Below are positions 19,223 through 27,644 of a stretch of DNA of 58,011 nt, piece after piece. Each line of letters begins with the position of its first letter. Within the stretch, counting starts at the first letter, position 1. Location: the NCBI GenBank assembly GCA_014729235.1, contig WJKH01000021.1:1-58011 (forward strand), in the 5' to 3' direction. The position numbers and the translations under genes were made by a program. Source of the stretch: Candidatus Dojkabacteria bacterium. Lineage in GTDB: Bacteria; Patescibacteriota; Dojkabacteria; SC72; WJKH01. The notes under the pieces are model-generated. The model saw only the letters and a program-made list of their open reading frames with translations. It had not been told where the DNA came from and ran no database searches.

Positions 19223-19696
19223 ATGCCAAAATCACTAAAAATTAAACATAGCCTTGTCCCTGCAATAATAGCAGTTACAATGATTCAGGCGGTAATTTCT
19301 GCAGCTTATATACTGTCAAGAAATTTATATTTCAGCACTCAATATTTTCCGTCATTTCAAATATTCTGGATACTTACGTTAATCTTTGACGTGATATTTT
19401 CACTCTACTATATTTACCGTTGGCTGAATTCGTACTACGTCATAAAAAAAAGCTCTGTACTATATGTAAAAAAACTCACCTTTTTTACAAAGAAGAGCTA
19501 TTTTACCTTTAATGAAAACGTTGATCTTAAGATGGTCAGAAGTTTTTGGGGAAAACTTTTTAATTTCGGCAGCATTAAGATTGTCGGCACAGCCCTCGAC
19601 AAAAAGGTCACTTTGAAGCGAATTCGGAGACCAGATCAGGTTCTTGATAGTCTGATAAACTCGATTTTTAAAATACGAAAAGAGAAATTTAATTAA
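19223..19696 (+). CDS. membrane protein with bacterial PH (bPH_2) domain
   Basis: A 157-aa ORF. Two TM helices are followed by YYVIKKSSVLYVKK...GSIKIVG. It looks like a paralogue of the 17996 gene. Confidence 0.65.
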   Translation: MPKSLKIKHSLVPAIIAVTMIQAVISAAYILSRNLYFSTQYFPSFQIFWILTLIFDVIFSLYYIYRWLNSYYVIKKSSVLYVKKLTFFTKKSYFTFNENVDLKMVRSFWGKLFNFGSIKIVGTALDKKVTLKRIRRPDQVLDSLINSIFKIRKEKFN

Positions 19697-19713
19697 GTTT
19701 TAATATTATTTTA

Positions 19714-20241
19714 ATGGAGAACAAACGCAAAGTACTGACCAAGATAGCGGTCATAATCGTAATTGTTGCTGCAACAGCGATGGCCGTGCATTACATCGTG
19801 AAATATTCAGGTTCATCAGAGCAGAATGAGCCTCGGGATATCAATAATTCAGCTATGGTAACCGAGGTATCGGACACACTGGAAGAATCTGAAGAGACTG
19901 AATCACAGGCCGACAAAGATGGAGTAGATTCGTATACTGATATAAGCCCTCAGGAGGCCTACGATTTAATTACCGAAAACCCGGAGGTTATTGTTATTGA
20001 TGTGTCGCCAAAATTCGATGAAGGTCACTTGCCCGGTGCTGTCAATTACTATATTGGCGATGGTTCTCTGGATGAAGCAATTCCATCGCTGGATAAATCA
20101 GCGACTTACCTGGTTTACTGTCACGTAGATAGTGCTTCAATCAGCGGTGCTCAGAAGTTAATTGACGCAGGTTTTGAAGAGGTTTATCGTCTCGAGGGGA
20201 ATTACTCAGCCTGGGTTGATGCTGGTTTTCCCATCGAGTAG
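19714..20241 (+). CDS. membrane-anchored rhodanese-domain protein
   Basis: A 175-aa ORF with an N-terminal TM helix, an acidic linker, and a rhodanese fold with active-site loop CHVDSAS. Confidence 0.7.
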   Translation: MENKRKVLTKIAVIIVIVAATAMAVHYIVKYSGSSEQNEPRDINNSAMVTEVSDTLEESEETESQADKDGVDSYTDISPQEAYDLITENPEVIVIDVSPKFDEGHLPGAVNYYIGDGSLDEAIPSLDKSATYLVYCHVDSASISGAQKLIDAGFEEVYRLEGNYSAWVDAGFPIE

Positions 20242-20380
20242 GGGATTCTAGTTAACCAAGGTCTGAATAATGGGTTTCTAGTCGTCTGAGCTGTCGCAGG
20301 CTTGTCTTGCATTATTCACATGTCAAGGCAAATATTAATAGGCTCTATCGATGCTGGAAGATTATTTAACTGTGCTTTGA

Positions 20381-22312
20381 TTAACGACCGAGCTTGCCGA
20401 GATTGGCTTTAGCGTAAGTGGTTAAATTTTTCCGTTTGGACCAGTCACGCTCAGTTTTTGTGAGGAAAATCTTTCGGAGTCGCAGTGATTGAGGTGTTAT
20501 TTCAATCATTTCATCTTTGGAAATAAACACAAGTGCATACTCAATTGTCAGCTGGATAGGGGATTTGAGTGAAATTTGCGTAATCTCGGCCCTGGACATA
20601 CGCACAGACGTCTGATGCCTGCCCTTGGCAGGATTGACTTCAAGATCACCTTCATATTTATTAATTCCAACAATCATACCTTCATAAATTTTGTCGCCGG
20701 GTTTAATAAAAAGTTCTCCACGCTCTTGAACTGCATTCAAAGCATAAGCTAGAGCTTCTCCTGTCTCCATTGATACTAAAACTCCATTCTTTCTCTCGAC
20801 AGAGTTGCTAGACTTTTTTTCATATCCTGAAATATAACTGCTGAGCACTGCTGTCCCTTTTGTCATATTCAGCAGAAAATAGCGAAGTCCTAAGAGATTT
20901 CTGGTGGCGATTTTGTAATTAAATCTTAATACTCCTTCATTGTTCTGAATATCCTGCAATTGTGCACTTCTTTGGCTTAATGCGTCCTGAATAGTGCCCA
21001 TAAATTCTTCAGGAGCATCTATTGTCAAATTCTCAATCGGTTCATGAATCTCTTCTCCGATTTTCTTCATTATGATTTCCGGGCTTTTGACTTGGAATTC
21101 ATAACCTTCACGCCTCATAGTTTCAAATAAAATTGCCAATTGTAATTCTCCGCGACCGGAAATTTCATAACTTCCGGAATCTGATCGACAAATTTTTAAC
21201 CCTATATTGATCTCTTTTTCATACTCGAGCCTTTGCTCAAGCTGCTTAGCTGTAGAAAACTTACCTTCCTTTCCAACAAAAGGAGAATTATTTGGCTGCA
21301 CTTCGACTTTAACTGTTGGTGGGGATAATTTAATCTGCGGAAGAGGTTCGATGGTGTCGATTTGGCAGATTGTCGCTCCAATTGCAGTGCTGTCAATTCC
21401 TCCAATAGCGATTATATCTCCGGCGACTCCCTTCTCAATTTCTATGTACTCAATCCCGATTTTTGTATATATCTTTCTTGGCTTTCCTTGCCCAAGGATA
21501 ACCGGCTTTCCATCGTCAAGAGATGCTATCTTAAGTGTTTGCTCAGCTGAAATTGTTCCTCTGTCAATGCGCCCGATTAAAAATCGTCCAACGTGATTAT
21601 CATAATCAAGAGAAGAGATTTGCATCCGGCAAGGGCTCTCTAAATCACCATTAGGAGCAGGAATATATGAGATTACTTCGTCAAGGAGTGGTAGAATATC
21701 TCCGGAAGTGCTTTCTGAGGCAGTTAAATCTCCGTCTGGAAGTTTAGTGAACACTTTTCCTTCTGATGCTATAGCATAAAAAATCGGAAAGTTTAGCTGA
21801 TCTTCATTGACCGCCAATTTCAGAAATAAGTCTTCGATCTCTTGCTTTACTTTATTTACTCGAGCCAGCTTCTTGTCAATTTTATTAATGACCACTATTG
21901 TCTTAAGGTTGTTCTCAAATGCCTGTTTTAACACAAATTCAGTTTGTGACATCACTCCTTCTTGCGCATCGATAACTAGTATGCAGCCGTTTGCCATACT
22001 TAGCGTTCTCTCGACTTCTCCGCCAAAATCTGCATGCCCAGGTGTATCAATAATATTGATTTTGTAGTCTTTATAGATGACTGATGCGGTCTTTGACAGT
22101 ATTGTTATACCTTTTTCTTTTTCCAGCTCGTTTGAGTCAAGTATTGCGGTATCGCTCATTTCCTCTTGATTTTCACGAAATAGGTTAGTTTGTTTCAAGA
22201 AGCCGTCTATGAGAGTTGTCTTTCCATGGTCGACGTGTGCTATGACTGCCACGTTTCGAATTTTCTCTTTTGTTGTGGTGTTTGGATCAATCATGAGGGA
22301 TGATTCTATCAT
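20381..22312 (-). CDS. typA: translational GTPase TypA/BipA
   Basis: A 643-aa ORF with AHVDHGKTTL, DTPGHADF and NKID, followed by EF-G-like domains. An alternative start lies at Met7 (22294). Confidence 0.92.
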   Translation of the reverse strand: MIESSLMIDPNTTTKEKIRNVAVIAHVDHGKTTLIDGFLKQTNLFRENQEEMSDTAILDSNELEKEKGITILSKTASVIYKDYKINIIDTPGHADFGGEVERTLSMANGCILVIDAQEGVMSQTEFVLKQAFENNLKTIVVINKIDKKLARVNKVKQEIEDLFLKLAVNEDQLNFPIFYAIASEGKVFTKLPDGDLTASESTSGDILPLLDEVISYIPAPNGDLESPCRMQISSLDYDNHVGRFLIGRIDRGTISAEQTLKIASLDDGKPVILGQGKPRKIYTKIGIEYIEIEKGVAGDIIAIGGIDSTAIGATICQIDTIEPLPQIKLSPPTVKVEVQPNNSPFVGKEGKFSTAKQLEQRLEYEKEINIGLKICRSDSGSYEISGRGELQLAILFETMRREGYEFQVKSPEIIMKKIGEEIHEPIENLTIDAPEEFMGTIQDALSQRSAQLQDIQNNEGVLRFNYKIATRNLLGLRYFLLNMTKGTAVLSSYISGYEKKSSNSVERKNGVLVSMETGEALAYALNAVQERGELFIKPGDKIYEGMIVGINKYEGDLEVNPAKGRHQTSVRMSRAEITQISLKSPIQLTIEYALVFISKDEMIEITPQSLRLRKIFLTKTERDWSKRKNLTTYAKANLGKLGR

Positions 22313-22468
22313 TTTTATGTTTATTTTGATAGTATAACAAAGCTTAAAAACCGGCAGCTATACACACGCAAATATATTCTGCTAACTTGGAAATCTATAT
22401 ATGTGATTGTACTCAAACCACCAAAACTGTTAAAATTCAATTAGTTTACTTGTCATTAAACTCTTGAT

Positions 22469-24136
22469 ATGCACGAAGACGGATGCGCCCCACACCATGG
22501 CGATACAAATTCATTGGCAATTATGGATCAGCTCCCCATTCCAAATTATCCTATGAAGGAAGAGGAAAAAGAGAGCTTCTATGCTGAACAAAGATTACTA
22601 AATCAGGTCTTGCCAATTGCATTGCAACAGCCCGGAGCAATCCATAGATTAAATCCGGAGCAAAGTGTGTTGACTACAGACGAATTAGCTAGAAGAGTGC
22701 TTATTAATCTGTCAAGCTCTGTTATAGCTGATGCCACACTTTATTGTTATGGATTTGTGGATGGAAAATGCCATTCACATCAAGATGTTTTTACCTATAT
22801 CTCAGATAAATATCCAGACACATTCTCGAGCTCAAAAGTTGTTTCAAACACGATTCGTACTGCGATTCAATCCCTTATACTGAGATACGACGATAAGGCT
22901 GATATCCCAGAAGCGGATAAAGCCTTATTATCTAGCAGATATTTTGTTTCTGGATGTTCTGAACCACGCCCTCAACTTAGTAGACGAATATACTCTCGTG
23001 CCAAAGCTAATTTGATGTATGCCAAAGATCGAGATTTCATATTGACAAACGAACACGAGGTACTCGAGACAATATTTGGCATGTATGGCCCGGTTAGTAC
23101 TGAGTTATTCACTCGATATTACAGGCTTGGAAAGTATAAATCTGTTTTTGATAAAGTTTCTGAAAGGAGGGGCCTTGATTTACCAGAAACTCTAGAAATA
23201 AACAATGATTTAGTAACAACCAATAATCTTATGGAGGTAGATGCAATAGAGGTTGGACGAGCTATAGCTGAAATGACAGCAGGTCTAGAGCATGGCAGTA
23301 GAGTGTGGGTCAATGCACGTGGAAATCCAACCACAGGATTCAAGCGAAAAGGGGCAAATTTTATTAGACAATTACGTGAGTATCGTTCAATTATTGAAGA
23401 TGTACAGAGAATGCGGGATTTTAAATTTTCGGAAGAGCAATTAGGTGTGTTGATGTCGGCTTTGCACTATCGGCTTTGGGGTTTGACCTTAAAAGAAGGG
23501 CTAGAACATTACGTAGAGCGACATGAAATGGAAACAGGTTATAATACTTCAGTAATCTCTAAATTGCGAAGGCAAATGAGAGAGGGCGACGAAGATCCCT
23601 CAGATAAACAGGTCGTGGATTATTTTTATCGCGAACGGCTGAAGAGAGTTTTTAGTGAAATTGCGTCCAATGCTCAACTTATAGACCGAGCATTTGAGAA
23701 AATCAAGGATGTACTATACGCTCATTACATATCAGATACATCGGATGCCCAAATAGTATTTGAGCTTCCTTTGAGTAAATTTTATGTAGGGTCCGTTAGA
23801 CGCTTAGCTGTAGAGCTACTTTCTGATACTGGCTCAAATGAATGGCCCAAGAGAAGCGATTTAAGGTTAACAAATAGTCTGTCCAGTGATCAACGAGAAT
23901 ATAGGATAGATGAGCGCAATAGAATTGGCCAAGTAATTGAACAATTAGCTGACGACGAAAAATTCACTGGAACAATAGTTAGTATCATTGGGGGAATATC
24001 TAGAGGCGAGTATTTGGAAGATATTGCAGCTGAGATAAGCGAGCAATTCCCCAATAAAGATATTAATGCATCTGAGATTGGAGCAGTCAAGAACTTATTT
24101 TTGTTAGTTTATCAAGACTGGTTAGACGAACAGTAA
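22469..24136 (+). CDS. hypothetical protein with several sigma70-region-4-like HTH modules
   Basis: A 555-aa ORF with no family I recognise. HTH-like segments occur at aa 88-140 (LYCYGFVDGK...SSKVVSNTIRTAIQSL), aa 321-371 (EEQLGVLMSALHYRLWGLTLKEG...TSVISKLRRQM) and aa 500-550. Confidence 0.6.
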   Translation: MHEDGCAPHHGDTNSLAIMDQLPIPNYPMKEEEKESFYAEQRLLNQVLPIALQQPGAIHRLNPEQSVLTTDELARRVLINLSSSVIADATLYCYGFVDGKCHSHQDVFTYISDKYPDTFSSSKVVSNTIRTAIQSLILRYDDKADIPEADKALLSSRYFVSGCSEPRPQLSRRIYSRAKANLMYAKDRDFILTNEHEVLETIFGMYGPVSTELFTRYYRLGKYKSVFDKVSERRGLDLPETLEINNDLVTTNNLMEVDAIEVGRAIAEMTAGLEHGSRVWVNARGNPTTGFKRKGANFIRQLREYRSIIEDVQRMRDFKFSEEQLGVLMSALHYRLWGLTLKEGLEHYVERHEMETGYNTSVISKLRRQMREGDEDPSDKQVVDYFYRERLKRVFSEIASNAQLIDRAFEKIKDVLYAHYISDTSDAQIVFELPLSKFYVGSVRRLAVELLSDTGSNEWPKRSDLRLTNSLSSDQREYRIDERNRIGQVIEQLADDEKFTGTIVSIIGGISRGEYLEDIAAEISEQFPNKDINASEIGAVKNLFLLVYQDWLDEQ

Positions 24137-24406
24137 TGTACTTTTTATGACTATATCAGCTTTATCAAGCGGGTTTGGCATCCAAAGGTAAAGCCTGAAC
24201 CCTTTTCACGCGATAAATTGCAACGTTTTTAGTCGTTTGTTACCTGCTCGTGCTCGATATCACAAACCCGCACGACTTTGCGTACGGTCACTCGTTTGAT
24301 GATAAATTTGGCTTAATCATATACAGCTTAACCAGAACTCATCACGATGATATGATATGATAAAATAAATAAGAATCAAAAATTAAATTAAGACTAAATA
24401 AATAAA

Positions 24407-25549
24407 ATGAGTAATGACTTGAAAGTTTTAGAAATTGATTTTGAAGAAGTATCAAAAAAATTAGCGTCATTAAAATTAGGATCGCTGCTAATCGGATCTG
24501 CGAATTCTCCAAAGGCTGATTTACAAGTAAATTTGATGAAAGAAGCATCTGATAATGGTGCAAGTTGCATTATCTTTGAAGAGAGTCCTCGTAATTCTTT
24601 TTATAAAGAAATTTCTAAAAAGTATCCTGAATTAGAGGCTCATTTATTAGAATTAAGTAACCCCCACTTTGTTTTAAATCCGCTAGAAGGTCATGTTAAC
24701 AATAGCGACCAAATAAACTCTTTAATATTGGCACTCAGAAGAGCGTATGAAGCTTTTTACAGAAAAAAAGATACGCTATCCCAACATTTTAGACATCTTA
24801 TTTTAAAGGCTTATGACGAGCTAAAGAGTATTGAAGGATTAGATTTGATCAAGCTTTTAGAGTCTATTTCTGACGAAGAACATTTAAGAAGAATTGCTAA
24901 GCGTGATAAATCTTTAAATAATATTTTATCCCAGGTAATCGAAGGATATAGCGATAAGTGGTCGAAGTTCCTGAAGTTTATTAAAGCGCTACTGGAGGAT
25001 GATTCTGTAAAGGCAATTTTTGACACAAGCAAGAAGAAAACTGATAGATTCTCATATGAGTCGATTCAAGGGAAGAATTTGATTTTCAATATAAAAAGTG
25101 GGCGGAGGAAAAATTTTATTTGTGAATTTGTTTTCAGCCTATTTGTCCAACAGATTGTAAATAATGTGGCTGAGGTGAATTACTCCAAACAAGTAATAAG
25201 TCAAAGAAAGGATGTTCATTTAATTTTTAGTGAAGATGTAGTTGATTATTTAGATCCCCAATGGAAGTATTTTTGGGGTGAAGCAAGGTTAGCAGGTATT
25301 CGCCCTAATGTGGCTATTTCTGCACCGAATGTTATAAAAGATGATGTAAAGAATCTTCTTTTTGGTAATTTTGCCAGTATAGTTGCCTTCCCAAAGACTA
25401 GTTTTGCACGAAGTATCATTGAAAATGAAATGGGAGTGCCTGCGGAACATCTTGTAGATCCTGCTGCGTTCTCCAAGTGGGGGATATTAAAGATAGGTAA
25501 ATTTGAGTCGGAAAATAATCCTGGAATATATAAGTTTAAATTGATTTGA
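24407..25549 (+). CDS. VirD4/TraG/TrwB-like (type IV coupling protein-like) protein with degenerate Walker A
   Basis: A 380-aa ORF laid out like a coupling-protein ATPase core. The expected P-loop site reads LLIGSANSPKAD rather than GxxGxGKT/S. Further matches are IIFEE..., VLNPLE, the Walker-B-like VHLIFSED and GEARLAGIRPNVAISAPN. Confidence 0.5.
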   Translation: MSNDLKVLEIDFEEVSKKLASLKLGSLLIGSANSPKADLQVNLMKEASDNGASCIIFEESPRNSFYKEISKKYPELEAHLLELSNPHFVLNPLEGHVNNSDQINSLILALRRAYEAFYRKKDTLSQHFRHLILKAYDELKSIEGLDLIKLLESISDEEHLRRIAKRDKSLNNILSQVIEGYSDKWSKFLKFIKALLEDDSVKAIFDTSKKKTDRFSYESIQGKNLIFNIKSGRRKNFICEFVFSLFVQQIVNNVAEVNYSKQVISQRKDVHLIFSEDVVDYLDPQWKYFWGEARLAGIRPNVAISAPNVIKDDVKNLLFGNFASIVAFPKTSFARSIIENEMGVPAEHLVDPAAFSKWGILKIGKFESENNPGIYKFKLI

Positions 25550-25594
25550 ATTACGAAGTTATTTAAAGTGAGCTACGAAATTCAGAAAGCAATA

Positions 25595-26115
25595 GAGGGA
25601 CACCCCAGAAAATTGTGTAAACGTTTAAATTAGCATAACCTGTTTAACAGCAGAATGCACAATTAAATTAAACGATACACAAAATGAGCAAGAAAAAAAT
25701 CACCATGCCAGCGGCCGAGAAAGTGGCACAAGAGATGGGAAAAGCCAAAAGTATAAACGGCTTTTATGGCAAAGATGGCATATTTGCCAAATTGTTCTCC
25801 AAAACGATAGAACAAATGCTTCAAGCTGAGATGGATGACCATCTAGGCTACCCCAAACATAGCTCCAAGGGCTGAAATAGGGGTAACTCAAGAAACGTAA
25901 GTTGCTCAAGGAAAATAAAAAGCTCAGCCGGTACTGATGACATTGAAGTACCAAGAGATCGCAACGGTACATTTAAATCGGTACTCCTCGGAGAGTATGG
26001 CATAGTCTCCAATGAAATAGAAGACAAAGTCCTGATCATGTATGCCAGAGGAATGACAACTGGAGATATTAGCGCGAGTCTTGCATATATCTACGGTATT
26101 GAGACATCAGACACT
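25595..26115 (+). mobile_element. 5' remnant of an IS256-family insertion sequence
   Basis: A left-end-like sequence GAGGGACACCCCAGAAAATTGTGTAAAC (about 25595-25625) is followed by the first 144 codons of an IS256/mutator-type transposase. The 3' two-thirds of the IS is missing. Confidence 0.7.
25684..26115 (+). pseudogene. IS256-family transposase, truncated and interrupted by in-frame TGA at 25873-25875
   Basis: The translation reads ...MLQAEMDDHLGYPKHSSKG*NRGNSRN...IEVPRDRNGTFKSVLL...IMYARGMTTGDISASLAYIYGIETS. This matches the conserved N-terminal third of IS256 transposases in one frame with a single stop. Confidence 0.75.
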
Positions 26116-26460
26116 GAGACGAAAGCGAGAGAAACTCTCATAAAATTACGTGGCAACTGGGATGTAGGCGTAACTGGGTATACCTTGATCGACGTAGAGA
26201 CTCATAAAAGTGTCACGAGAGTAATTGAAACAAAAATTAAACTCAGAAACTTCACTGACGATGAAATGGAAGCATATATTAAATCAGGTGAGCCATTGGA
26301 TAAAGCTGGCGCTTACAGTGAGGCCAAAGGATCGATTCTTATAGAAGAGATGAGAGGGGACATTTTTAATGTTCAGGGTCTCCCGCTTGCTCATATAGGC
26401 AATGATCTTTTACACGAGTTCAGTTACAGGTATTGGGAGCATTGGGAGGTAGATTTATAG
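26116..26460 (+). pseudogene. maf: Maf-like nucleotide pyrophosphatase, C-terminal 115 aa only, fused in frame to the transposase remnant
   Basis: KARETLIKLRGNWDVGVTGYTLID...FTDDEMEAYIKSGEPLDKAGAYSEAKGSILIEEMRGDIFNVQGLPL aligns by eye with the C-terminal half of Maf. The N-terminal half is absent and AYGIQG has degenerated to AYSEAKG. Confidence 0.7.
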
Positions 26461-26536
26461 GATAGTATTTGTGAATAGATTGATAGCAGGAATCGAGAAT
26501 TAGTGGCGACCTGTCGGGGAACAATCTGTCAAGTCC

Positions 26537-26998
26537 TTATTTAACTATCTTTAACCTGCTAATACCAAATTTCTCAAACTCCTTTGCAATTGCGTGTTGG
26601 ATCTGAAAAAATTCTTCAAGAAATTCATCCTGTGTAAATTCTTCCAGTTCCTTCTTTGAATACCTCTGTGACATTGTTAGTCGTGCCATTCTGTCAATTA
26701 GCTCATCCCAGAATGAATCATCCTCATATTCTTGTATTTTTTTGTGCACATCTGTCTCTTCTTCAAACCAACGTGTTGGGTAGAAACTGTCACCATCTTT
26801 TTCCTCGTGATCAACAAACCTTTTGTAACCAAATTTTCCAGCAAATGAAAAAATTAAATCCTCAATTTTGTCATATTCATTCTTTTTCTTGTCTGAAGGT
26901 ATTGTTTGAGCATTTGCGATCCAGTTTCCGATATATACTGCTTTCATAAGTGCGAGAAATTGCTTTTTTGTTAGTTCGATTGTTTGTTTTTTTGACAT
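26537..26998 (-). CDS. hypothetical acidic helical protein (153 aa), third gene of the R-M operon
   Basis: The ORF runs 26537..27082. I trimmed it to Met29 (MSKKQTIEL...), 10 nt after the stop of the upstream gene. I recognise no family. Confidence 0.55.
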   Translation of the reverse strand: MSKKQTIELTKKQFLALMKAVYIGNWIANAQTIPSDKKKNEYDKIEDLIFSFAGKFGYKRFVDHEEKDGDSFYPTRWFEEETDVHKKIQEYEDDSFWDELIDRMARLTMSQRYSKKELEEFTQDEFLEEFFQIQHAIAKEFEKFGISRLKIVK

Positions 26999-27008
26999 TG
27001 TGCTTGGT

Positions 27009-27644
27009 TTATAAATTAATTTTTTCAATAAGTTCCTTAATCCGTTTATATGAATTATCCCATTCTTTGTTGATATCTTCATACTTAGCTGAGCCTACTT
27101 TTTTTTTCTCGAATTTCCCAAATTCATGATATTCTTTATATATGTGAGCAATTACGCTATTATTGGGATCTTTTTCAGGAGCCATTTTATTTATCATCAA
27201 TTTGTAGAAGTCTATTTGACCACTAACTTTGTTTCTTTCGCCATCTAGGTTCATTTTCTGTTCATGACAAAATCTTTCTTCTGCAAAATAGTCCTTTTTT
27301 AAATCGGAATCCTCTGTTCCTTGCTTATTCTTGTTTGCTTTTGTTTGCCTAACTCTATAATTTGTCTGGTCTTTCTTTATCGTATACCACCTCATTATGT
27401 ATTCCAAAAATTTTCTTATATATTCATTGTAAAGCTCCTTCTTATGTTGTTGTTTCCAATACTCAAATCCTAAGTAATACCCAACTAGAGCTATTAGAAA
27501 CGTAATGAAAACTGCTACAGATTGATTATTTAAATAACCCCATCCATAATCTATAAATGGCAAATCATGCCATTCAAAAAAAATGAAGCCTAGCGCTAGG
27601 GTAAGCATACATGCTAAAGTTATAACAAGTGTTATTTTTTTCAT
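27009..27644 (-). CDS. hypothetical 2-TM membrane protein with charged helical C-terminal domain
   Basis: A 211-aa ORF with two N-terminal hydrophobic helices. Its ATG overlaps the R-M gene stop (ATGA at 27641-27644). Confidence 0.65.
   Translation of the reverse strand: MKKITLVITLACMLTLALGFIFFEWHDLPFIDYGWGYLNNQSVAVFITFLIALVGYYLGFEYWKQQHKKELYNEYIRKFLEYIMRWYTIKKDQTNYRVRQTKANKNKQGTEDSDLKKDYFAEERFCHEQKMNLDGERNKVSGQIDFYKLMINKMAPEKDPNNSVIAHIYKEYHEFGKFEKKKVGSAKYEDINKEWDNSYKRIKELIEKINL

Noticed and set aside
24342-24563. 73-aa minus-strand ORF overlapping the 24407 gene start
   Set aside because: It is AT-rich, hydrophobic low-complexity sequence antisense to the 5' end and promoter region of a longer gene. 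It has no support.
25873-25875. Genome-wide TGA recoding (code 4 or 25) suggested by the in-frame TGA in the transposase
   Set aside because: TGA is the stop of dnaE (43300-43302), uvrC (44802-44804) and lgt (16258-16260) at the expected protein ends. No other conserved gene needs TGA read-through. The host uses the standard code.
26038-26460. 140-aa ORF as an intact gene
   Set aside because: Its first 26 codons continue the IS256 transposase frame and the rest is the C-terminal half of Maf. It is a deletion-generated chimera, reported as pseudogene fragments instead.
26504-26522. TGGCGACCTGTCGGGGAAC as a tRNA-3'-end-like att remnant marking the left border of the R-M module
   Set aside because: It matches the tRNA-Lys 3' end (TGGTGAGCCGCCTGGGAC) at only about 12 of 18 positions and lacks a proper T-loop. 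That is too weak to call without a statistical search.
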